From Naegleria gruberi (Eukaryota): a stretch of 15,337 bases of DNA. How positions within the stretch are numbered: position 1 is the first letter of the stretch; every line of letters begins with the position of its first letter. The translations under genes were made by a program, and so were the position numbers. The notes beneath the pieces were generated by a model, which saw only the letters and a list, made by a program, of their open reading frames with translations, did not search any database and was not told the DNA's origin. Below are positions 8,082 to 15,337 of this stretch, piece after piece. The stretch is from NCBI GenBank assembly GCA_000004985.1, contig GG738973.1, one strand, 5' to 3'.

Positions 8082-8618
8082 ATGAGTGCTTCTACTTCAT
8101 CACATTCAACTGCTCCAATTAAAACCTTCTCATCTGAACATCAGGATATGATCCATGATGCTCAAGCTGATTACTACGGAAAGAGATTGGCCACTTGTTC
8201 AAGTGATGCTACAATTAGAATTTTTGATTTGGCTCCAAGTAATTCTGAGGAACCAAAGTTGGTGGATACTCTCATCGGTCATGAAGGTCCAGTCTGGCAA
8301 GTTAGTTGGGCTCATCCACAATTTGGATCGATAATTGCCAGTTGTTCCTATGATCATAGAGTTATTATTTGGAAGGAAAATCAACAAACTCACAAATTTA
8401 CTAAAGTTTTTGAATATAGACTTGAGAGTAGCGTAAATTCAATCTCTTGGGCTCCTCACGAACATGGACTTCATTTGGCTAGTGCAAGCTCCGACTCACA
8501 AATTACATTCTTCTCCTACGATGAACAAAGCAATAATTGGAAGGTTTCTAATATTAGAGATGCTCACAAAACTGGATGTAACTCTGTTTGTTGGGCTCCT
8601 GCATCACACACTGGTGCT
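8082..8618 (+). CDS. SEC13: SEC13 orthologue (WD40 protein of the COPII coat and Nup84/Nup107 complex). Only the N-terminal 179 codons are present; the rest is lost in the N run.
   Basis: ATG at 8082 in an A-rich context (aaaaaaatATGagt). The translation is [50 protein letters not shown]...[36 protein letters not shown]...[22 protein letters not shown]...GCNSVCWAP. It matches the conserved SEC13 blocks [51 protein letters not shown] and GCN.V.WAP, as recalled for the yeast and human proteins. The ORF is open to the gap edge at 8618. Confidence 0.92.
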
Positions 8619-11600
8619 NNNNNNNNNNNNNNNNNNNNNNNNNNNNNNNNNNNNNNNNNNNNNNNNNNNNNNNNNNNNNNNNNNNNNNNNNNNNNNNNNN
8701 NNNNNNNNNNNNNNNNNNNNNNNNNNNNNNNNNNNNNNNNNNNNNNNNNNNNNNNNNNNNNNNNNNNNNNNNNNNNNNNNNNNNNNNNNNNNNNNNNNNN
8801 NNNNNNNNNNNNNNNNNNNNNNNNNNNNNNNNNNNNNNNNNNNNNNNNNNNNNNNNNNNNNNNNNNNNNNNNNNNNNNNNNNNNNNNNNNNNNNNNNNNN
8901 NNNNNNNNNNNNNNNNNNNNNNNNNNNNNNNNNNNNNNNNNNNNNNNNNNNNNNNNNNNNNNNNNNNNNNNNNNNNNNNNNNNNNNNNNNNNNNNNNNNN
9001 NNNNNNNNNNNNNNNNNNNNNNNNNNNNNNNNNNNNNNNNNNNNNNNNNNNNNNNNNNNNNNNNNNNNNNNNNNNNNNNNNNNNNNNNNNNNNNNNNNNN
9101 NNNNNNNNNNNNNNNNNNNNNNNNNNNNNNNNNNNNNNNNNNNNNNNNNNNNNNNNNNNNNNNNNNNNNNNNNNNNNNNNNNNNNNNNNNNNNNNNNNNN
9201 NNNNNNNNNNNNNNNNNNNNNNNNNNNNNNNNNNNNNNNNNNNNNNNNNNNNNNNNNNNNNNNNNNNNNNNNNNNNNNNNNNNNNNNNNNNNNNNNNNNN
9301 NNNNNNNNNNNNNNNNNNNNNNNNNNNNNNNNNNNNNNNNNNNNNNNNNNNNNNNNNNNNNNNNNNNNNNNNNNNNNNNNNNNNNNNNNNNNNNNNNNNN
9401 NNNNNNNNNNNNNNNNNNNNNNNNNNNNNNNNNNNNNNNNNNNNNNNNNNNNNNNNNNNNNNNNNNNNNNNNNNNNNNNNNNNNNNNNNNNNNNNNNNNN
9501 NNNNNNNNNNNNNNNNNNNNNNNNNNNNNNNNNNNNNNNNNNNNNNNNNNNNNNNNNNNNNNNNNNNNNNNNNNNNNNNNNNNNNNNNNNNNNNNNNNNN
9601 NNNNNNNNNNNNNNNNNNNNNNNNNNNNNNNNNNNNNNNNNNNNNNNNNNNNNNNNNNNNNNNNNNNNNNNNNNNNNNNNNNNNNNNNNNNNNNNNNNNN
9701 NNNNNNNNNNNNNNNNNNNNNNNNNNNNNNNNNNNNNNNNNNNNNNNNNNNNNNNNNNNNNNNNNNNNNNNNNNNNNNNNNNNNNNNNNNNNNNNNNNNN
9801 NNNNNNNNNNNNNNNNNNNNNNNNNNNNNNNNNNNNNNNNNNNNNNNNNNNNNNNNNNNNNNNNNNNNNNNNNNNNNNNNNNNNNNNNNNNNNNNNNNNN
9901 NNNNNNNNNNNNNNNNNNNNNNNNNNNNNNNNNNNNNNNNNNNNNNNNNNNNNNNNNNNNNNNNNNNNNNNNNNNNNNNNNNNNNNNNNNNNNNNNNNNN
10001 NNNNNNNNNNNNNNNNNNNNNNNNNNNNNNNNNNNNNNNNNNNNNNNNNNNNNNNNNNNNNNNNNNNNNNNNNNNNNNNNNNNNNNNNNNNNNNNNNNNN
10101 NNNNNNNNNNNNNNNNNNNNNNNNNNNNNNNNNNNNNNNNNNNNNNNNNNNNNNNNNNNNNNNNNNNNNNNNNNNNNNNNNNNNNNNNNNNNNNNNNNNN
10201 NNNNNNNNNNNNNNNNNNNNNNNNNNNNNNNNNNNNNNNNNNNNNNNNNNNNNNNNNNNNNNNNNNNNNNNNNNNNNNNNNNNNNNNNNNNNNNNNNNNN
10301 NNNNNNNNNNNNNNNNNNNNNNNNNNNNNNNNNNNNNNNNNNNNNNNNNNNNNNNNNNNNNNNNNNNNNNNNNNNNNNNNNNNNNNNNNNNNNNNNNNNN
10401 NNNNNNNNNNNNNNNNNNNNNNNNNNNNNNNNNNNNNNNNNNNNNNNNNNNNNNNNNNNNNNNNNNNNNNNNNNNNNNNNNNNNNNNNNNNNNNNNNNNN
10501 NNNNNNNNNNNNNNNNNNNNNNNNNNNNNNNNNNNNNNNNNNNNNNNNNNNNNNNNNNNNNNNNNNNNNNNNNNNNNNNNNNNNNNNNNNNNNNNNNNNN
10601 NNNNNNNNNNNNNNNNNNNNNNNNNNNNNNNNNNNNNNNNNNNNNNNNNNNNNNNNNNNNNNNNNNNNNNNNNNNNNNNNNNNNNNNNNNNNNNNNNNNN
10701 NNNNNNNNNNNNNNNNNNNNNNNNNNNNNNNNNNNNNNNNNNNNNNNNNNNNNNNNNNNNNNNNNNNNNNNNNNNNNNNNNNNNNNNNNNNNNNNNNNNN
10801 NNNNNNNNNNNNNNNNNNNNNNNNNNNNNNNNNNNNNNNNNNNNNNNNNNNNNNNNNNNNNNNNNNNNNNNNNNNNNNNNNNNNNNNNNNNNNNNNNNNN
10901 NNNNNNNNNNNNNNNNNNNNNNNNNNNNNNNNNNNNNNNNNNNNNNNNNNNNNNNNNNNNNNNNNNNNNNNNNNNNNNNNNNNNNNNNNNNNNNNNNNNN
11001 NNNNNNNNNNNNNNNNNNNNNNNNNNNNNNNNNNNNNNNNNNNNNNNNNNNNNNNNNNNNNNNNNNNNNNNNNNNNNNNNNNNNNNNNNNNNNNNNNNNN
11101 NNNNNNNNNNNNNNNNNNNNNNNNNNNNNNNNNNNNNNNNNNNNNNNNNNNNNNNNNNNNNNNNNNNNNNNNNNNNNNNNNNNNNNNNNNNNNNNNNNNN
11201 NNNNNNNNNNNNNNNNNNNNNNNNNNNNNNNNNNNNNNNNNNNNNNNNNNNNNNNNNNNNNNNNNNNNNNNNNNNNNNNNNNNNNNNNNNNNNNNNNNNN
11301 NNNNNNNNNNNNNNNNNNNNNNNNNNNNNNNNNNNNNNNNNNNNNNNNNNNNNNNNNNNNNNNNNNNNNNNNNNNNNNNNNNNNNNNNNNNNNNNNNNNN
11401 NNNNNNNNNNNNNNNNNNNNNNNNNNNNNNNNNNNNNNNNNNNNNNNNNNNNNNNNNNNNNNNNNNNNNNNNNNNNNNNNNNNNNNNNNNNNNNNNNNNN
11501 NNNNNNNNNNNNNNNNNNNNNNNNNNNNNNNNNNNNNNNNNNNNNNNNNNNNNNNNNNNNNNNNNNNNNNNNNNNNNNNNNNNNNNNNNNNNNNNNNNNN

Positions 11601-12832
11601 NNNNNNNNNNNNNNNNNNNNNNNNNNNNNNNNNNNNNNNNNNNNNNNNNNNNNNNNNNNNNNNNNNNNNNNNNNNNNNNNNNNNNNNNNNNNNNNNNNNN
11701 NNNNNNNNNNNNNNNNNNNNNNNNNNNNNNNNNNNNNNNNNNNNNNNNNNNNNNNNNNNNNNNNNNNNNNNNNNNNNNNNNNNNNNNNNNNNNNNNNNNN
11801 NNNNNNNNNNNNNNNNNNNNNNNNNNNNNNNNNNNNNNNNNNNNNNNNNNNNNNNNNNNNNNNNNNNNNNNNNNNNNNNNNNNNNNNNNNNNNNNNNNNN
11901 NNNNNNNNNNNNNNNNNNNNNNNNNNNNNNNNNNNNNNNNNNNNNNNNNNNNNNNNNNNNNNNNNNNNNNNNNNNNNNNNNNNNNNNNNNNNNNNNNNNN
12001 NNNNNNNNNNNNNNNNNNNNNNNNNNNNNNNNNNNNNNNNNNNNNNNNNNNNNNNNNNNNNNNNNNNNNNNNNNNNNNNNNNNNNNNNNNNNNNNNNNNN
12101 NNNNNNNNNNNNNNNNNNNNNNNNNNNNNNNNNNNNNNNNNNNNNNNNNNNNNNNNNNNNNNNNNNNNNNNNNNNNNNNNNNNNNNNNNNNNNNNNNNNN
12201 NNNNNNNNNNNNNNNNNNNNNNNNNNNNNNNNNNNNNNNNNNNNNNNNNNNNNNNNNNNNNNNNNNNNNNNNNNNNNNNNNNNNNNNNNNNNNNNNNNNN
12301 NNNNNNNNNNNNNNNNNNNNNNNNNNNNNNNNNNNNNNNNNNNNNNNNNNNNNNNNNNNNNNNNNNNNNNNNNNNNNNNNNNNNNNNNNNNNNNNNNNNN
12401 NNNNNNNNNNNNNNNNNNNNNNNNNNNNNNNNNNNNNNNNNNNNNNNNNNNNNNNNNNNNNNNNNNNNNNNNNNNNNNNNNNNNNNNNNNNNNNNNNNNN
12501 NNNNNNNNNNNNNNNNNNNNNNNNNNNNNNNNNNNNNNNNNNNNNNNNNNNNNNNNNNNNNNNNNNNNNNNNNNNNNNNNNNNNNNNNNNNNNNNNNNNN
12601 NNNNNNNNNNNNNNNNNNNNNNNNNNNNNNNNNNNNNNNNNNNNNNNNNNNNNNNNNNNNNNNNNNNNNNNNNNNNNNNNNNNNNNNNNNNNNNNNNNNN
12701 NNNNNNNNNNNNNNNNNNNNNNNNNNNNNNNNNNNNNNNNNNNNNNNNNNNNNNNNNNNNNNNNNNNNNNNNNNNNNNNNNNNNNNNNNNNNNNNNNNNN
12801 NNNNNNNNNNNNNNNNNNNNNNNNNNNNNNNN
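8619..12832. other. Run of 4,214 N (scaffold gap or hard-masked sequence). It swallows the 3' ~0.4 kb of SEC13 plus ~3.8 kb of unknown sequence.
   Basis: Uninterrupted n characters. The ORFs in the track that span it are artefacts. Confidence 0.99.
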
Positions 12833-12853
12833 GAATTCATTCAAATGATTCAA

Positions 12854-13369
12854 TTATTCTTCATCGTACAAGTGAGAGAATTCAATAACATCATCCAAAT
12901 CATCCACATCAACCATTCTCTTCTGATAAATACCATCTTTTGGATGATTTCTATGCCACTTTTTATGATTTCTTCCTTCAGATCTGAATCTTCCATTTCT
13001 AGTCTGTTTTTTGAAAGCTCTTTCTTCATGATGAATTGCATTCCATTCCACCTTATTAAATCCCTTCTCAGTATTAAACTTGTGAAAGGAATTCAAAAGA
13101 ACAGGTTCTGCTCTCTTTATATTCGCTCTCTCTGCAACCCAATCACATCGTTGATGATTTTCCTTATACTGACGATCATAGAGTTCCAATTCAGCAGTAT
13201 AATTCCTCTCCAATCGATGAGCTCCGGCAGAATATTCCAAATTACTTGATGATTTTTGTTTGTATTTGGAGCAACCTCCGTGATAGGATGTATCACTAGT
13301 CTTTGCTACACGAGGTGTTTGCCATTTAACTTTACCACTTCTAGCCAATGAGCCGTGAATAACTGCCAT
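12854..13369 (-). CDS. 171-aa protein with a ribosomal protein eS30 (RPS30/FAU)-like N-terminal motif fused to a non-ribosomal basic/acidic extension.
   Basis: Minus-strand ATG at 13369-13367 and TAA at 12856-12854, uninterrupted. The 5' leader is A-rich (aaacaaagaacaatATG). The N-terminus is MAVIHGSLARSGKVKWQTPRVAK. The canonical eS30 is (M)[22 protein letters not shown] in yeast and [21 protein letters not shown] in human FAU, so ~17 of 20 residues are identical. From residue ~24 onward (TSDTSYHGGCSKYKQ...RNGRFRSEGRNHKKWHRNHPKDGIYQKRMVDVDDLDDVIEFSHLYDEE) there is no resemblance to eS30. The extension keeps the AGA/TTG/AAG codon bias and a 148-codon open frame, so it is coding and not an intron. 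Confidence 0.7.
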   Translation of the reverse strand: MAVIHGSLARSGKVKWQTPRVAKTSDTSYHGGCSKYKQKSSSNLEYSAGAHRLERNYTAELELYDRQYKENHQRCDWVAERANIKRAEPVLLNSFHKFNTEKGFNKVEWNAIHHEERAFKKQTRNGRFRSEGRNHKKWHRNHPKDGIYQKRMVDVDDLDDVIEFSHLYDEE

Positions 13370-13560
13370 ATTGTTCTTTGTTTAATTGTTGTTTGTTTTT
13401 TTTGGGGTTAAAAATAGAAGAATTCACTTGAAAAAATATGAAATTTGCTTTTGTTCTATTTTTATAATATTGTAAGGAGTTTTATGTAACCTCATTATTC
13501 GGATAGGTTGTTGCATTGATATTTCAGCAGGAAATATGTTAAGGTATTGATGTTTCCAAT

Positions 13561-13908
13561 GTGGACAGTTCTTTTGGTGTTGAATATGCTTTAAACGACG
13601 ACACCTTCTCATCAAACAATGTAGAAGAAAGAGCTCAATTCATCAAGACACTCACTGCCAAATTGTATTGCATCCAAACAATCACTTTTGAGAAAAAGGA
13701 ATACTCCCTTGTGGCAATACCTAAAATATCATGTAGCAAAGTGATAAACAAGGGAACAAAAGAGGATTTTGAAAGGTTTATGGACCACGAGTTCATTACC
13801 AATTCACTGCTGAATGATTTGAAACGATATTTCAAGAGTTATGAATTTGAATTAACAGACAAAGCGAGAATTGACAATCAAAAGAGAAAAGAGTACAAAA
13901 GAGAATGA
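13561..13908 (+). CDS. Hypothetical protein (~115 aa) whose start is unresolved.
   Basis: A 121-codon open frame runs from the TAA at 13540-13542 to the TGA at 13906-13908. The sequence is charged and protein-like with AGA/AAG/TTG bias (…NDDTFSSNNVEERAQFIKTLTAKLYCIQTITFEKKEYSLVAIPKISCSKVINKGTKEDFERFMDHEFITNSLLNDLKRYFKSYEFELTDKARIDNQKRKEYKRE). No in-frame ATG occurs before 13783. An ATG at 13559 sits in the +1 frame and runs only 11 codons. This suggests a 1-nt indel or an unseen upstream exon. Confidence 0.35.
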   Translation: MDSSFGVEYALNDDTFSSNNVEERAQFIKTLTAKLYCIQTITFEKKEYSLVAIPKISCSKVINKGTKEDFERFMDHEFITNSLLNDLKRYFKSYEFELTDKARIDNQKRKEYKRE

Positions 13909-13959
13909 TGGCCGCTGGCTTGTGCAATTTTACAAAAACATTCAATTTACTGCAGTAAC

Positions 13960-14100
13960 AATTCCTTAAATAAAACACCATCGTTTCAGAAAAATAATAG
14001 AGAACTCTGATAATATTTTCTGATGAAATTCTCCAAGTGAAATCTCCACAGTTGTCTGAAAGGAATTAGAAAAATTAGCCAATTTTCCAATACTTTAAGG
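13960..14100 (-). pseudogene. Degenerate LRR-like remnant downstream of the LRR gene, on the same strand.
   Basis: aaattagccaattttccaa at 14072-14090 is identical to 14524-14542 inside the LRR CDS (19/19; it encodes LGKLANL). The minus-strand translation around it reads ...IGKLANFSNSFQTTVEISLGEF..., resembling the gene's NSLGKLANLSKLEILDL repeat, but is broken by stops. The 3' part also loosely resembles the gene's terminal ctggaattgagactgaaaacaagaaaataa. Confidence 0.25.
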
Positions 14101-14201
14101 AAATCAAGTTTCAGTGAGAAAATTTGTAAAATAAAAATGTCTCAACTCCTACATTATCTTTGACATTAGAATAGCCAGTCTGTTTTCTTGTAGCTGTAAA
14201 C

Positions 14202-15281
14202 TTATTTTCTTGTTTTCAGTCTCAATTCCAGAGGGAGAGAATTGACATCAACCTTTGAACAGCCACCAACATGAATTGTTTGCAACTTTGAACATGCTTT
14301 GGCAATAGTAACAAGTCCCTTATTAGTAATATCACAAAATCTTACATCCAATTCTTCCAAATTAGTTAAAGAACTCAACTCGGTTACCCCCTTGTCATGA
14401 ATTTGATCCTCTCCTAAATTCATTACATAGAGCTTTCTCAAAGATTTCACATTTCCAATCATGGCGCAACCAGCATCACCAAAAGCTGTGTTTTGTTTCA
14501 AATCCAAAATTTCCAGCTTTGATAAATTAGCCAATTTTCCAAGAGAATTTAATGAGTTACCAATGATTGAATCAGCATAAAGATGTTTAAGATTGGAGAA
14601 AGTACTGATCGTATTGAAAACGTCTTCGCTCATTGTCGCCCTACTCAGATTCAAAACTTGAATAGTATGATTATTTTTGAGGCCTAAGAATTCCTCTCCA
14701 GATATTGCATAACCCTCAAGTTTCAGAGTGTGTAATGTCTGTATTGTGTTAAGTGCTGTAAAGAAAATATATGCATTTGCCTTCTTCTCGTGTCCAAAAT
14801 GGTTTCTATCAAATTTACAATCCAAAACTTGAAGATTTTTCCAATTAGCAACACAATCTCCAACGTCACTAATGAAATTACGACTTTCAATTCTAATAAT
14901 TTCCAAATTGGGCGTGTGAGTAACAAACTCGCTAGTTATGAATGTAGTCGGTCCACAATATTCCAAATGTTTCAAAGCATAATTGGTTTCTGCAAAAACT
15001 TTTGCAAAATTCTCATCCAAATAGTAAGATCTTGAATTTGTCATCTTTGTCCTGAGAACACTTCTCCCAAAGCAAATTTTCTCCAGATTGTTAAATTTAC
15101 GTACGGCCAATGTTATTAAAGACTCAAATGTTTCAATTCCTTCAATATTGAGCTCGGTTATTTTGGTACAAAGAGAATTGTCAGTTGTAAAGAGTTCTAA
15201 TTTCTCAACAAGATTGTTCTCAATTTCATTTTCATCAGCTAATTGGATAGTTCTCTTAGGGAATGAAAAAAGNGTAATGGC
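14202..15281 (-). CDS. Cysteine-containing leucine-rich-repeat protein (F-box/LRR, AMN1/GRR1-like LRR class) with an unresolved N-terminus.
   Basis: The minus-strand frame is open from the TAA at 15284-15282 to the TAA at 14204-14202. Successive ~24-26-residue LxxLxLxxCxxIT/SDxG(L) repeats are present, for example NLSKLEILDLKQNTAFGDAGCAMIG, LRKLYVMNLGEDQIHDKGVTEL, LTNLEELDVRFCDITNKGLVTIAKACSKLQTIHVGGCSKV. The first in-frame ATG is at 15044-15042. LRR-like sequence (…LVEKLELFTTDNSLCTKITELNIEGIETFESLITLAVRKFNNLEKI…) continues upstream with no ATG, and the track's 15110 start is a TTG. An ambiguous base at 15273 lies in this stretch. Codon bias is consistent with the other genes. Confidence 0.8.
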   Translation of the reverse strand, partial: AIXLFSFPKRTIQLADENEIENNLVEKLELFTTDNSLCTKITELNIEGIETFESLITLAVRKFNNLEKICFGRSVLRTKMTNSRSYYLDENFAKVFAETNYALKHLEYCGPTTFITSEFVTHTPNLEIIRIESRNFISDVGDCVANWKNLQVLDCKFDRNHFGHEKKANAYIFFTALNTIQTLHTLKLEGYAISGEEFLGLKNNHTIQVLNLSRATMSEDVFNTISTFSNLKHLYADSIIGNSLNSLGKLANLSKLEILDLKQNTAFGDAGCAMIGNVKSLRKLYVMNLGEDQIHDKGVTELSSLTNLEELDVRFCDITNKGLVTIAKACSKLQTIHVGGCSKVDVNSLPLELRLKTRK

Positions 15282-15337
15282 TTATTGGATAAACTATTGA
15301 CATTTGGTGTCTATGTAGACTTTGAATTGAATGAGGT

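Noticed and set aside
12850-13041. ORF 12850..13041 (-) and the plus-strand tail 12833..13249.
   Set aside because: These are alternative frames over the eS30-like CDS. The 171-codon frame with a conserved N-terminus is the real one.
8464-13249. Long track ORFs spanning the second N run (8464..12888, 8554..12840, 8564..12853, 8588..13249).
   Set aside because: These are the same artefact. Only 8082-8618 (SEC13) and the real minus-strand gene 12854-13369 have sequence support.
12854-13369. An intron after the eS30-like exon that would explain the divergence after residue 23.
   Set aside because: There is no GT(A/R)NGT donor at the divergence point. The downstream 148 codons remain open with gene-like codon bias, which is very unlikely for intronic AT-rich DNA.
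13424-13835. Minus-strand ORFs 13424..13615 and 13635..13835.
   Set aside because: They are short, lie in promoter DNA or antisense to the better-supported plus-strand frame, and have no homology.
14723-15300. ORFs 14723..14926 (-), 14790..15035 (+) and 15088..15300 (+).
   Set aside because: These are alternative frames or antisense of the LRR gene.
1-15337. Prokaryotic or phage interpretation: operon, defence island, CRISPR array, tRNA or rRNA genes.
   Set aside because: SEC13, eS30 and a signal-peptide STC-like protein are eukaryotic. Genes have long AT-rich leaders without RBS-spaced starts. No direct-repeat/spacer arrays are present. A search for GGTTCGA T-loop boxes found no tRNA-like sequence. 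No rRNA-like stretches are present.

Overview
This window is eukaryotic nuclear DNA from a draft scaffold, not a prokaryotic or phage locus. It is AT-rich with very AT-rich intergenic DNA. The complete genes are uninterrupted and monocistronic. Codon bias is yeast-like (TTG, AGA, GGT, GCT, TCT, AAG, CAA). No Shine-Dalgarno or operon logic is present. Of 15,337 positions, 8,662 are N (runs 1939-6386 and 8619-12832), and there is one ambiguous base at 15273, so more than half the window cannot be read.

Genes I can support:
- The 5' 537 bp of a SEC13 orthologue (WD40; COPII coat and nuclear pore), cut off by the second N run.
- Directly upstream on the same strand, a 210-aa secreted protein with a signal peptide and 10 cysteines whose spacing closely parallels the stanniocalcin domain.
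- A minus-strand 171-aa gene whose first ~23 residues are a near-perfect ribosomal protein eS30 (RPS30/FAU) motif, followed by an unrelated basic-then-acidic extension.
- A minus-strand cysteine-containing leucine-rich-repeat protein (F-box/LRR, AMN1-like class) whose N-terminus is unresolved.
- The frameshifted 3' end of a heptad-repeat coiled-coil gene.
- Two weaker hypothetical ORFs.

Non-genic structure:
- An ~0.9-kb element bounded by perfect 43-bp terminal inverted repeats (MITE-like), whose left repeat contains the stop codon of an ORF.
- A degenerate LRR-like remnant sharing a 19-nt exact repeat with the LRR gene.
- A TGATGA motif cluster in a promoter region.
- A 12-bp palindrome.

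I see no rRNA, tRNA, CRISPR array or defence-island-like architecture. The lineage cannot be fixed from this window. Codon usage and gene structure look fungal or yeast-like. The SEC13 N-terminus, recalled from memory, looks closer to animal and fission-yeast orthologues than to Saccharomyces.
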